Part shown: positions 27,484 through 36,962 of the stretch, in pieces
How the letters are laid out: every line of letters begins with the position of its first letter
Numbering within the stretch: the first letter of the stretch is position 1
Source of the DNA: Rhodospirillales bacterium
GTDB lineage: Bacteria; Pseudomonadota; Alphaproteobacteria; Rhodospirillales; HT1-32
Assembly (NCBI GenBank): GCA_040222645.1
Contig: JAVKCR010000114.1
Location: forward strand, 1-37,433
Direction of reading: 5' to 3'
DNA: 37,433 bases
The notes under the pieces: model-generated
The model's input: the letters and a program-made list of their open reading frames with translations, nothing else
The model's database searches: none
Told to the model about the DNA's origin: nothing
Translations under genes and position numbers: made by a program

Positions 27484-28320
27484 ATGACTGCATCACTCTT
27501 CCGGCGCGTCGCGTCGGCAATCGCGCTGGCGGCGACGCTGGCATTCACCGGCGCGGCCGCCGCGCAGGACAAATCCACCTGGGAAGCCATCAAGGAGCGC
27601 GGCTCCATCCGCGTCGGCGTCACCCAGGCCCCGCCATGGTTCTCCAAGGCGCCCGGCAGCGAGGAATGGGAAGGCCTCGGCGCCGCCATCGGCAAGCAGA
27701 TGGCGGAAGAGATGGACGTGAAGTTCGAGGCCGTCGAGGTCACCTGGGGCACCGCGGTCGCGGCGCTGCAATCGAACAAGATCGACATCATGTTCGTGCT
27801 CGACGCGACGCCGAAACGCGCGCTCGCCGTCGATTTCCCGGCCCAGCCGCTGCTCTATTACGCGCTCGCCGTCCTCGCCGACGACGATCTCAAGATCGAG
27901 ACCTGGGACGACCTGAACAAGGACGGCATCAAGATCGCCGTCACCCAGGGCACCACCATGGACCGCTACGTCTCGGCCCGCCTCGTCAATGCGGAGATCC
28001 TGCGGTTCCCGTCGAACGGTGAATCGGTCGCGGCCTTCCAGTCCGGCCGGGTGAACGCGGTCTCGCTGTTCCACCCGCCGCTGATCGCCATGCGCAAGAA
28101 GATCGGCCGCGGCCAGATCGTGCTGCCGAAGCCGATCCGCCAGTCCGCCTCCTCCGCCGGGGTGCGGATGGAGGACGACAAGCGCTGGCGCGACTGGGTC
28201 AACACCGCCATCGCCTATTACTACAGCACCGGCCAGACCCAGGTCTGGTACGAGGAGTTCCTGACCAAGTTCGGCGTCGATCCGTCGACGGTTCCGGCCA
28301 TCCGCCGGGAAGAATGGTAA
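27484..28320 (+). CDS. Polar amino-acid ABC transporter substrate-binding protein (SBP family 3)
   Basis: Signal peptide; IKERGSIRVG; VTWGTAVAALQSNKID; TPKRALAVDF; GGGAG RBS. Confidence 0.92.
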   Translation: MTASLFRRVASAIALAATLAFTGAAAAQDKSTWEAIKERGSIRVGVTQAPPWFSKAPGSEEWEGLGAAIGKQMAEEMDVKFEAVEVTWGTAVAALQSNKIDIMFVLDATPKRALAVDFPAQPLLYYALAVLADDDLKIETWDDLNKDGIKIAVTQGTTMDRYVSARLVNAEILRFPSNGESVAAFQSGRVNAVSLFHPPLIAMRKKIGRGQIVLPKPIRQSASSAGVRMEDDKRWRDWVNTAIAYYYSTGQTQVWYEEFLTKFGVDPSTVPAIRREEW

Positions 28321-28328
28321 GACGAACC

Positions 28329-28356
28329 GCGGGACCGGCCTGACCGTCGGTCCCGC
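28329..28356 (+). other. Intercistronic hairpin between the SBP and the first permease gene
   Basis: gcgggaccggc-ctgacc-gtcggtcccgc, 11-bp stem with one G-U pair; typical stabiliser giving excess SBP mRNA. Confidence 0.65.
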
Positions 28357-28381
28357 ACCGCGCCGCCGGAGCTGACGCGAC

Positions 28382-29062
28382 ATGGGTTACGAGTGGGATT
28401 TCGCCATCGTCTTCAGGGATTTCGATCTCCTGCTGGCGGGGCTCGGCAACACGCTGAAAGTGACCGCGCTGGCGCTGCTGTTCGGGGTGCCGCTCGGGCT
28501 GGCGGCGGCGCTGTTGCGGCTGTCGCCGATCGCCCTGGTGCGCGGCGTGGTCGGCATCTTCATCGAGTTCTTCCGTTCGACGCCGCCGATCGTCCAGCTG
28601 TTCTGGTTCTTCTTCGCGCTGCCCTTGCTCACCGGCATCGAGATCGACCCGTTCCGGGCCTCGGTCCTGACCTTCTCGCTGCAATCCTCGGCCTTCTTCG
28701 CCGAGGTGTTCCGCGGCGGCATCGTCTCCATCGAGCGCGGCCAGTGGGAAGCCGCCAAGGCCATCGGCCTCGACCGCGGCCAGTCGCTGCGAAGGGTGAT
28801 CCTGCCGCAGGCGGTGAAGCGGATGATCCCCGCCTTCCTCGAACGCGTCATCGAGCTGATGAAGACGACGACGCTGGTCGCCACGGTCTCCTATGCCGAC
28901 CTGCTCTACCAGGCGAACAACATCGCCCAGTCGACCTACCGGCCGCTGGAGGTGTTCACGGTTGCGGCGGGCATGTATTTCATCGTGATCTTCCCGGCAT
29001 CCCTTGCCGTCCGCCGGCTTGAACGCCATCTCGCGCGGTCGGGCGAATCGACGGCGCATTGA
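28382..29062 (+). CDS. Amino-acid ABC transporter permease (HisQ/GlnP family)
   Basis: FFRSTPPIVQLF; EAA loop AEVFRGGIVSIERGQWEAAKAIG; ILPQA. Confidence 0.93.
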   Translation: MGYEWDFAIVFRDFDLLLAGLGNTLKVTALALLFGVPLGLAAALLRLSPIALVRGVVGIFIEFFRSTPPIVQLFWFFFALPLLTGIEIDPFRASVLTFSLQSSAFFAEVFRGGIVSIERGQWEAAKAIGLDRGQSLRRVILPQAVKRMIPAFLERVIELMKTTTLVATVSYADLLYQANNIAQSTYRPLEVFTVAAGMYFIVIFPASLAVRRLERHLARSGESTAH

Positions 29063-29072
29063 GGGCGGCGCG

Positions 29073-29738
29073 ATGAACCACAACTGGGATTTCGCCACCG
29101 TTTTCCAGAGCCGCGAGCTGCTGCTGACCGGGCTTGCCAACACGGTGATGCTCGGCCTGCTCTGCCTCGCCATCGGTCTGACCGCCGGTCTCGTCGTCGG
29201 CGCCGGGCGCTATTCGCGCAATCCGTTGTTCAACTGGCCGGCGACCGCCTTCGTGGAGGTGTTCCGCAACACCCCCGCGCTGGTGCAGATCATGTGGTTC
29301 TTCTTCGCCTTCCCGATCATCTCGCCGTTCGACGTGAATGCCTTCACCGCCGCGACCATCGGGCTCAGCCTGAACACCACCGCCTTCTGCGCCGAGATCT
29401 ACCGCGCCGGCATCCAGTCGATCCACCGCGGCCAATGGGAGGCCGGCAAGGCGCTCGGCATGACCTACGCCCAGCAGATGCGCCGCGTCGTCCTGCCGCA
29501 GGCCATCACGCGGATGGTGCCGGCCTTCATGAACCGCGCGGTCGAACTGATGAAGATGACCTCGCTCGCGTCCGTCATCGCCTTCGGCGAACTGATGCAC
29601 CAGGCCAAGTCGATCGCGACCTACAATTACAATCCCATCGAGACCTACACGGTGGTGGCGCTGATCTTCTTCGCGCTGATCTATCCGGTGGCGCTGGTCG
29701 TCCACCGCGTCGAACTCCGTCTCAGAAGGAACGGCTGA
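29073..29738 (+). CDS. Amino-acid ABC transporter permease (HisM/GlnP family)
   Basis: [11 protein letters not shown]; [23 protein letters not shown]; KMTSLAS. Confidence 0.93.
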   Translation: MNHNWDFATVFQSRELLLTGLANTVMLGLLCLAIGLTAGLVVGAGRYSRNPLFNWPATAFVEVFRNTPALVQIMWFFFAFPIISPFDVNAFTAATIGLSLNTTAFCAEIYRAGIQSIHRGQWEAGKALGMTYAQQMRRVVLPQAITRMVPAFMNRAVELMKMTSLASVIAFGELMHQAKSIATYNYNPIETYTVVALIFFALIYPVALVVHRVELRLRRNG

Positions 29739-30520
29739 TGAGCGAACTGCTCCGCATCGAGGGCCTGCGCAAATCCTTCGGCGCCAACGAGGTGCTGAAG
29801 GGCATCGACCTCACGGTGAATGCCGGCGATGCCGTGGTGCTGCTCGGCTCGTCCGGCTCCGGCAAGTCGACGCTGCTCCGCTGCGTCAATTTCCTCGAGA
29901 TCCCGTCGGCCGGCCGCGTCATCCTCGACGGCATGCCGGTCGGCCGCGAGAGCGGCGGCGGGATCGAGTATGTCGAGCGCGACCTGACGCCGATCCGCGC
30001 CCATGTCGGCATGGTGTTCCAGCACTTCAACCTGTTCCCGCACATGACCGCCCGCGAGAACGTCATGGAAGGGCCGCGCACGGTCCTCAGGCTGTCCAGG
30101 GCCGATTGCATCGCGCGCGCCGAGAAGTACCTGAACCGCGTCGGGCTGGCCGACAAGATGGATGCCTATCCCTCCCACCTTTCCGGCGGCCAGCAGCAGC
30201 GCGTCGCCATCGCCCGGGCGCTGGCCATGGAGCCCCGGCTGATGCTGTTCGACGAGGCGACCTCCGCGCTCGACCCCGAACTGGTGGGCGAGGTGCTGCA
30301 GACCATGAAGAGCCTCGCCGACGAGGGCATGACCATGCTGATCGTCACCCACGAACTCGGCTTCGCCTATTCGGTGGCCGACAAGGTGCTGTTCCTGCAC
30401 GAGGGACGCATCCACGAACAGGGCACCCCCGACGAGGTGCTGGTCCGCCCCCGGGAAGCGCGCACGCGCGAATTCCTCGGCGGCCACGCCACCTTCCGCC
30501 TGCCCGACCCCGACTTCTGA
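29738..30520 (+). CDS. Amino-acid ABC transporter ATP-binding protein (GlnQ family)
   Basis: [48 protein letters not shown]; TGATG coupling at 29736-29740. Confidence 0.95.
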   Translation: MSELLRIEGLRKSFGANEVLKGIDLTVNAGDAVVLLGSSGSGKSTLLRCVNFLEIPSAGRVILDGMPVGRESGGGIEYVERDLTPIRAHVGMVFQHFNLFPHMTARENVMEGPRTVLRLSRADCIARAEKYLNRVGLADKMDAYPSHLSGGQQQRVAIARALAMEPRLMLFDEATSALDPELVGEVLQTMKSLADEGMTMLIVTHELGFAYSVADKVLFLHEGRIHEQGTPDEVLVRPREARTREFLGGHATFRLPDPDF

Positions 30521-30533
30521 AACGGACAAGAAA

Positions 30534-31460
30534 ATGAACAAGCCGCTGAGCAGCCATTCCACCCATGACGCCGAGAAGGATACCCGCAACGACGACCTGA
30601 TGATCTACGTGAACGGCAAGATCGTTCACCGGTCGGAGGCCGTGGTCTCGGTCTACGATTCCGGCTTCATGCTGGGCGACGGGGTCTGGGAGGGCATCCG
30701 GCTCTACAACGGAAAATGGGCGTTCCTCGGCGAGCATCTGGACCGGCTGTTCGAGGCGGCCAAGGCCATCGACCTCGACATCCGGATGAGCCCGGAGGAG
30801 GTCACGGCCGCGCTCGACGCGACCGCCGCCGCCAACGGGATGCGCGAGAACGTGCATGCCCGGCTGATGGTGACCCGCGGCATCAAGTCGAAGCCGTTCC
30901 AGGACCCGAGACTCTCGAAGTCCGGCCCGACCATGGTGATCATCATGGAGCATTCGACGCCGTCGGACGAGATCGTCGCGCGCGGTATCCGGCTGTTCAC
31001 GGTGCCGATCCACCGCGGATTGCCGCTCACCCAGGATCCGAAGCTCAACTCGCATTCGAAGCTGAACTGTATCCTGGCCGGCATCCATGCCCAGAAGGCC
31101 GGCGCCGACGAGGCGCTGATGCTCGACCCCCAGGGCTTCGTCAACACCACCAATTCCTGCAACTTCTTCATCGTCCGCAAGGGCGAGGTCTGGACCTCGA
31201 CCGGGGACTACTGCATGAATGGCATCACCCGCAGGAAGGTCATCGAACTCTGCCGCGCCAACGGCATCCCGGTGTTCGAACGCAACTATTCCCTCGTCGA
31301 CGCCTATGGCGCTGACGAAGCGTTCATCACCGGCACCTTCGGCGCCCAGACCCCGGTGGTCGACATCGACGGACGGACGATCGGCGCCGGCAAGGCGGGC
31401 GAGATGACATTGCGTCTCAGGGCGCTGTACAAGGAACTGGTGGCGAAAGACACGGCATGA
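30534..31460 (+). CDS. PLP fold-type IV (aminotransferase class IV) family protein with a non-canonical active site
   Basis: VSVYDSGFMLGDGVWEGIR, HLDRL, RLMVTRG, GADEALMLD, NGITR, ADEAFITGT. Confidence 0.9.
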   Translation: MNKPLSSHSTHDAEKDTRNDDLMIYVNGKIVHRSEAVVSVYDSGFMLGDGVWEGIRLYNGKWAFLGEHLDRLFEAAKAIDLDIRMSPEEVTAALDATAAANGMRENVHARLMVTRGIKSKPFQDPRLSKSGPTMVIIMEHSTPSDEIVARGIRLFTVPIHRGLPLTQDPKLNSHSKLNCILAGIHAQKAGADEALMLDPQGFVNTTNSCNFFIVRKGEVWTSTGDYCMNGITRRKVIELCRANGIPVFERNYSLVDAYGADEAFITGTFGAQTPVVDIDGRTIGAGKAGEMTLRLRALYKELVAKDTA

Positions 31461-32134
31461 CGGCACTTCAGGCGCTCCAGCCGCTCGGCGACCGGACCCG
31501 GCGCGGGCAGATCGTCGCGGCGATCCGCAAGCTGATCGTCACCGGCCAGGTGAATCCGGGCGAAAGGCTGACCGAGACCGACCTCGCCGACCAGCTCGGG
31601 GTCAGCCGCGCGCCTTTGCGCGAGGCGATCCGCGAACTGGTGGAAAACGGCCTGCTCGTCACCGAGCCCTACAAGGGGCTGTTCGTGCGCTCCTTCACCC
31701 GCAAGGACCTCGAGGAGCTCTATTCGCTGCGCACCGCGCTGGAGCAGTTCGCCTTCCGGGAAGCCTGGCCGAACCGTACCGAGGCGCGGAAGGCCGACCT
31801 GCGCGAGCGCGACCGCAAGCTCGACGCGGCGATCGCGCTCGGCGACGATCCGGCGCTCGCCATCGAGGCGGAGCTCTACCTGCATTCCTGGTGCTACGAT
31901 GTCAGCGGCCATTCGCTGCTGCAGCAGGCATGGACCCGCATCCGGCCGAACCTGCAATTCTATTTCACCCTGCACCAGCGCGCCCACAACCGGCCGCATC
32001 CGCTGCGCGAGGCGCATGATCTCTACGTCGCGCTGGCCTGCGGCGACGATCTCGACGCCATGCTGTCCCATCTCGAGGACCATATGCGCCAGGGACTCGC
32101 CAAGGTGATGCAGTTCATCGGCGAGGACGGGTGA
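31457..32134 (+). CDS. GntR-family regulator (FCD domain, FadR/VanR subfamily)
   Basis: PGERLTETDLADQLGVSRAPLREAIREL; ELYSLRTALE; FCD His motifs (YLH...EAH...EDHM). Confidence 0.92.
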   Translation: MTALQALQPLGDRTRRGQIVAAIRKLIVTGQVNPGERLTETDLADQLGVSRAPLREAIRELVENGLLVTEPYKGLFVRSFTRKDLEELYSLRTALEQFAFREAWPNRTEARKADLRERDRKLDAAIALGDDPALAIEAELYLHSWCYDVSGHSLLQQAWTRIRPNLQFYFTLHQRAHNRPHPLREAHDLYVALACGDDLDAMLSHLEDHMRQGLAKVMQFIGEDG

Positions 32135-33327
32135 CCGCAGAGACCGTACCAGAGACCCCTGTCGACTGGCGGAGCGTCGCGGCGGTTACCGCGGGCATCA
32201 GCATCCTGTCGGCGATGATCGGACTGACCTATCCGCTGATCGCCTTCAACCTCAACCGCTGGGGCGTCTCGCCGACGATGATCGGCTTCAACGCGGCGAT
32301 GACGGGCCTCGGCCTGATGCTGGCCGGCTGGGTAATACCGTCGGTGATCGTCCGGATCGGTCTCAAGCGGACGGCGATCCTCTGCATCTCCGCGACCACC
32401 GCCGTGTTCGCGCTCTACCCGCTGTTTCCCGGTCTCGTGCCCTGGTTCCCGATCCGCCTCGCGCACGGTTTCGTCTCCAGCGGCATCTTCATCATCTGCG
32501 ACACCTGGATAAACCACCTCGCCCCGTCCCGGCTGCGGGGACGCATCATCGGCATCTATGCCACGGTCTTCGCGCTGGGATTTGCGGTCGGTCCGGCGAT
32601 CCTGACCGTCACCGGCTCGGAGGGCTGGCCGCCCTATATCGCCGGCATCGCCATCGGCTTCATCGCGCTGTTCGGCATTCTCCCGGCGCGCGAGGTCGGC
32701 GATTTCGACGAGGGGAGCGGCGGGAGCGGCAGTTCGATCGCCAGGTTCATCCTGGTCGCGCCGGCGCTGCTGGTCGCCATTCTCGGCTTCGGCATCTTCG
32801 AGTCCGGGCTGCTGTCGCTGCTGCCGATATACCTGCTCGGCTTCGGGCACGGGGAGACCACGGTCTCCATCCTGCTCGCCACCTTCATCGTCGGTTCGGC
32901 GATGCTGCAGATACCCGTGGGCATGCTGGCCGACCGGCTGCGCGGGCGCACCGTGTTTCTCGGCTGCGTCGCGCTGTCGGTCGCGGCGCCGGCGCTGCTG
33001 CCCGTCCTGGCCGCGAACGGCGCTGCGCTCGCAATCCATTTCTTCCTCTGGGGCGGCGTCGCCTTCGGCATCTACACCTTGTCGATGAAGGAACTCGGCG
33101 ACCGCTTCACCGGGCGGATGCTGGTCACCGGCAATGCCGCCTTCGCCATGGCCTGGTCGATGGGCAACCTGACCGGGCCGGTGGCCAGCGGCGGCCTGAT
33201 CGCGGTGACCGGGCTCGACGGTCTGCCTTTGTTCCTCGGCGCCGCGTTTCTCCCGGCTCTTCTCGTGGCGGCCATCCGCACCGCGATCCGCGGCAAGGGG
33301 GGTGGCGAATCGGACGATGCGCGTTAG
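32131..33327 (+). CDS. MFS transporter
   Basis: About 12 hydrophobic helices; DTWINHLAPSRLRGRIIGIY; QIPVGMLADRL. Confidence 0.9.
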   Translation: MTAETVPETPVDWRSVAAVTAGISILSAMIGLTYPLIAFNLNRWGVSPTMIGFNAAMTGLGLMLAGWVIPSVIVRIGLKRTAILCISATTAVFALYPLFPGLVPWFPIRLAHGFVSSGIFIICDTWINHLAPSRLRGRIIGIYATVFALGFAVGPAILTVTGSEGWPPYIAGIAIGFIALFGILPAREVGDFDEGSGGSGSSIARFILVAPALLVAILGFGIFESGLLSLLPIYLLGFGHGETTVSILLATFIVGSAMLQIPVGMLADRLRGRTVFLGCVALSVAAPALLPVLAANGAALAIHFFLWGGVAFGIYTLSMKELGDRFTGRMLVTGNAAFAMAWSMGNLTGPVASGGLIAVTGLDGLPLFLGAAFLPALLVAAIRTAIRGKGGGESDDAR

Positions 33328-33336
33328 TCTCTGGCC

Positions 33337-34035
33337 ATGCCCGACGAGATCATCCTTTTGTCCGAGCGCATCAACACCGACCCGCTGGTCGCGATGCTGA
33401 CCGGGGCCAACCCGGCACTCTCCATCCGCCATGCCGACACGCTCGGCAAGCTGCGCGCGGCGATCGACCCGGCAAAACGCCAGCGCCTGGTCAGCTACCA
33501 TTCCGGGGTCATCGTGCCGGCGGAGATTCTCGCCGCCGTCGGCCCGGCCTACAATTTCCATCCCGGGCCGCCGAACCGGCCGGGGCTCTACCCGGCGGTC
33601 TGGGCGCTCTACGAGGGCGATGCGCGCTTCGGCGCCACGGTTCACGAGATGACGCCGCGCGTCGACGACGGCGCCATCGTCGGTGTCGGCTGGTTCGACA
33701 TCGAGCCGGAAATGACCATTCTCGAGGTCGATGCGGTCACCCACGAACTGATGCGCGACCTGTTCCGCCAGCTCGCCACGCTGCTGGCCTGTGCCGACGG
33801 CAGGCTGGAGCCGGTCGACGTCGCCTGGAGCGGCCGCAAGACCACGCGGAAGGATTACGACGACCTGCTTGAGCTACCGGTCGATGTCGACGAAACCGAG
33901 TTCAACCGCCGGCTGCGGGCGATCGGAATCGGGCCGGAGCACGCGTTGCACTTCACCCTGCACGGCCGTAAGTTCCGCATGGAAGTCGACGATATGGGAG
34001 ATATCGTGATCGGCGGAGAGAAGGTGGAGATCTGA
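33337..34035 (+). CDS. Formyltransferase-family protein (Formyl_trans_N), not the housekeeping Fmt
   Basis: AYNFHPGPP...FGATVHEMTPRVDDGAIVG (N, H, D catalytic residues); lacks the Fmt C-terminal tRNA-binding domain. Confidence 0.8.
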   Translation: MPDEIILLSERINTDPLVAMLTGANPALSIRHADTLGKLRAAIDPAKRQRLVSYHSGVIVPAEILAAVGPAYNFHPGPPNRPGLYPAVWALYEGDARFGATVHEMTPRVDDGAIVGVGWFDIEPEMTILEVDAVTHELMRDLFRQLATLLACADGRLEPVDVAWSGRKTTRKDYDDLLELPVDVDETEFNRRLRAIGIGPEHALHFTLHGRKFRMEVDDMGDIVIGGEKVEI

Positions 34036-34040
34036 CGATC

Positions 34041-35261
34041 ATGAATGATGCGCCGGCGCGCACGCCATTGGCGGGAATTCGCGTCCTGGAGTTCGTCCAT
34101 ATGGTCATGGGGCCGAGCTGCGGCCTGATCCTCGCCGATCTCGGCGCCGAGGTGATCAAGATCGAGGCCGTCGGCGACGGCGATTCGACCCGCTACCTGA
34201 TCGGGTCCGGAGCCGGATTCCACCCGACCTTCAACAGGAACAAGAAAAGCCTGGCGGTCGACATCAAGAACCCGGAAGGCCTGGCCCTGCTGAAGAGGCT
34301 GGTCGCGACCGCCGATGCGGTCACCGAGAACTTCCGGCCGGGCGTGATGGAACGGCTCGGGCTCGGATACGAGGCGCTGAAGGAAATCCGGCAGGACGTC
34401 ATCTATTGCTCGATGAAGGGCTTCATGCCGGGCCCTTACGAGAACCGCACGGCCCTCGACGAGGTGGTGCAGATGATGGGCGGGCTTGCCTACATGACCG
34501 GCCCGCCGGGCCGGCCGCTGCGCGCCGGCACTTCGGTCAACGACATCATGGGCGGCATGTTCGGCGCCATCGGCATCATGGCGGCGCTGCGCGAGCGCGA
34601 CGCCACGGGCAAGGGCGCGCATGTCCAGAGCGCGCTCTACGAGAACAACATCTTCCTCGTCGCCCAGCACATGGCGCAGTTCGCGGTCACCGGCAAGGCC
34701 GCCGACCCGATGCCGAACCGGATTTCCGCATGGGGCATCTACGACGTGTTCGAGACCGCCGATGACGGCCAGGTTTTCGTCGGCGTGGTCAGCGACAAGC
34801 AATGGCCGGTCTTCTGCAAGGCCTTCGGCGCCGACGATCTCGCCGCCGACCCGGCGCTCTCGACCAACAACCAGCGGGTCTCGGCGCGCGCGACGCTGAT
34901 TCCGAAGATCGCCGAGATCTGCCGCCGCCATACCAAGGATGACCTCATCGCGATCTGCGAGTCGGTCGGCCTGCCCTATGCGCCGATCGCCCGGCCGCAC
35001 GACCTGTACGACGACCCGCATCTCAACAATTCCGGCGGGCTGGTCGAGGTGAAACTCGACCGGGATGGCGTGCCGACCCGCATTCCGGCCCTGCCGCTCG
35101 CCATCGACGGCAGACGCCCGGATGTCCGCCTCGACCTGCCGACGCCCGGTCAGCATTCCCGCGAGATCCTCGCCGGCATCGGGGTGGATGCCGTCGAGAT
35201 AGAGCGGCTGGAAGCCGCCGGAATCATCTCGGTCACTCCGGCACACGGCGCCAGCGAATGA
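34041..35261 (+). CDS. CaiB/BaiF family (class III) CoA-transferase
   Basis: PLAGIRVLEF, LADLGAEVIKIE, NRNKKS, ENFRPG, active-site RTALDEVVQ, PTPGQHSREIL. Confidence 0.93.
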   Translation: MNDAPARTPLAGIRVLEFVHMVMGPSCGLILADLGAEVIKIEAVGDGDSTRYLIGSGAGFHPTFNRNKKSLAVDIKNPEGLALLKRLVATADAVTENFRPGVMERLGLGYEALKEIRQDVIYCSMKGFMPGPYENRTALDEVVQMMGGLAYMTGPPGRPLRAGTSVNDIMGGMFGAIGIMAALRERDATGKGAHVQSALYENNIFLVAQHMAQFAVTGKAADPMPNRISAWGIYDVFETADDGQVFVGVVSDKQWPVFCKAFGADDLAADPALSTNNQRVSARATLIPKIAEICRRHTKDDLIAICESVGLPYAPIARPHDLYDDPHLNNSGGLVEVKLDRDGVPTRIPALPLAIDGRRPDVRLDLPTPGQHSREILAGIGVDAVEIERLEAAGIISVTPAHGASE

Positions 35262-35282
35262 GCCGTTTGCGGCTTGTTGCCC

Positions 35283-35831
35283 ATGTTTAGCGACGTGGAA
35301 ATCCGGACGATCGTCGTTCGGTCCGCCACCGATATCGGGCACGAGCAATTTCGCGGTGTCTGGTCGCTCTGGCAGGAACGCCGGGGCGGCAAGCCGCTGC
35401 CCGCCCGCTCGGACTTCGGTATCGAGGAATTCCTGCCCTGGGCGCGGCATATCGGCATGTTCCGGGTCGAGGGAGCTGTCGAGCGGCTGGTGGTCAAACT
35501 CTCTTCCTCGACAATGATCGACCTGAACCGGCGTGACGTGACCGGATGTTATCTCGACGAGATCGTGCCGAAGGGAACCGCAGAATTCATCATGGAACCG
35601 TACCGGCTCGCCGCCATGGAGCGGCAGGCGGTGTTTCACAGCCTCGTCGTCGAGGAAGACGGGCGGCAATCCGGCCTGTCCGCACTCATGCTACCGATGG
35701 CTGAAAACGGCTGCGACACCGACTATTTTGCAATCGCGCTTTATTTGAATGACAGAATCCGGAATCCTTTCGAACTGACGCCGCTGCGGCGGCGGCTTCT
35801 CTTGCAAGATTCCGCGATGGACACGGACTGA
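35283..35831 (+). CDS. Stand-alone PAS_5 (DUF1457)-like protein, copy 1
   Basis: WSLWQERRGGKPLPARSDFGIEEFLPWARHI...LMLPMAENG. Start ATG 35283 or TTG 35274. Confidence 0.78.
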   Translation: MFSDVEIRTIVVRSATDIGHEQFRGVWSLWQERRGGKPLPARSDFGIEEFLPWARHIGMFRVEGAVERLVVKLSSSTMIDLNRRDVTGCYLDEIVPKGTAEFIMEPYRLAAMERQAVFHSLVVEEDGRQSGLSALMLPMAENGCDTDYFAIALYLNDRIRNPFELTPLRRRLLLQDSAMDTD

Positions 35832-36374
35832 ATGTCGGCAAAAGCGCCCCAGGAACTGAAACGCATTGCGACGAAGGACGACATTCCCTTCGAACCGATG
35901 CGCCCGATCTGGCAGTTCTGGCACGAACGGTGCCCCGGCGCATTGCCGTCCCGCAATGATTTCCGGATCGAGGAGTTCCTGCCCTGGACCGCCCATATCG
36001 GCGCGGTGAGGCCAGAGGGCGACCCACCCCGGTTCAAGGTAACGCTGGCCTCGCGGGTCATGATCGAACTCAACAAGATCGATGCGACGAACCGGTTTTT
36101 CGACCAGTACATGCCGCCCGAGGCGCTCGAGTTCGGCTGCCGCCCCTACCTCGAGGCTATGAAGGCGCGGACCGCGGTATACGACCGCCTCGATGCCGAT
36201 ACGATTGCACGGAAAAGTTTCCAGCGGCTGGTCATGCCCTGCAGCAACGACGGTAGCGCGGTCGATTATTTCATCATCGCGATCTTCTACGACCGGGGAT
36301 TCGTCGAGCCTCACCAGCAGCGGACGCTCTACGATCATGTGCTCGGCAAGATTCCGGAAGGAAACACACGGTGA
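35832..36374 (+). CDS. Stand-alone PAS_5 (DUF1457)-like protein, copy 2
   Basis: WQFWHERCPGALPSRNDFRIEEFLPWTAHI...RLVMPCSNDG. Confidence 0.78.
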   Translation: MSAKAPQELKRIATKDDIPFEPMRPIWQFWHERCPGALPSRNDFRIEEFLPWTAHIGAVRPEGDPPRFKVTLASRVMIELNKIDATNRFFDQYMPPEALEFGCRPYLEAMKARTAVYDRLDADTIARKSFQRLVMPCSNDGSAVDYFIIAIFYDRGFVEPHQQRTLYDHVLGKIPEGNTR

Positions 36375-36946
36375 TTTCGGCCGGCCGGCGCACGATCGAG
36401 TTCGACCCGAACTACATCATCCGGCTGATTGATGACGAAAATGACATCAAGCGCCCGCAACTGCGGTCGCTCTGGTCTTTCTGGCGGTCGAAAGCACCCG
36501 CTGGCCTTCTCCCTGCGCGAAGCGATTTCCTGATCGAGGAATTCCTGTCCTGGGGCCGTAACATCAGCATCATGCGCCGAGAACCGGAAACCGGCCGGTA
36601 CCGCGTCACCCTGGCCTCCACCGCGATGATCGACCTGAACGGCTGCAATCCGACAGGACTGACACCGGAGGAATTCGTTCCGCCGCAATCGCTGGAATTC
36701 AGCCTGAATTGCCTGAAGCATGCCGAGCGTGAGAGCAAGGCAGCACTGGATACCTACATCGTGAACCGGAACGACCAGGCACTCGGCTGCGACCGTCTTA
36801 CACTGCCCTGTGCCGACGACGGCGAAACAATTGATTGCGTCATCGTCGGCCATTATTTCGACAGGGGATTTCTCGGCCGGTTGTCCGACGCGACGGTGTT
36901 CGACCGGATCGAGGAGTTCCGTTCCGGGTCGCGACCTGACCGCTAG
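36371..36946 (+). CDS. Stand-alone PAS_5 (DUF1457)-like protein, copy 3
   Basis: WSFWRSKAPAGLLPARSDFLIEEFLSWGRNI...RLTLPCADDG; GTGA overlap with copy 2. Confidence 0.78.
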   Translation: MISAGRRTIEFDPNYIIRLIDDENDIKRPQLRSLWSFWRSKAPAGLLPARSDFLIEEFLSWGRNISIMRREPETGRYRVTLASTAMIDLNGCNPTGLTPEEFVPPQSLEFSLNCLKHAERESKAALDTYIVNRNDQALGCDRLTLPCADDGETIDCVIVGHYFDRGFLGRLSDATVFDRIEEFRSGSRPDR

Positions 36947-36962
36947 GCAGGAGGGAGAGATC

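Noticed and set aside
29294-30520. 408-aa ABC ATPase with a long N-terminus
   Set aside because: The extension is off-frame over the permease; TGATG coupling marks the start at 29738.
33337-34035. Methionyl-tRNA formyltransferase (fmt)
   Set aside because: Too short, lacks the C-terminal domain and the HxSLLP motif, and there is no def neighbour.
35421-36553. Three 21-nt direct repeats as a CRISPR or DGR-like array
   Set aside because: Spacing is about 550 nt and the repeats encode the conserved IEEFLxW motif of paralogous genes; no cas or reverse transcriptase gene.
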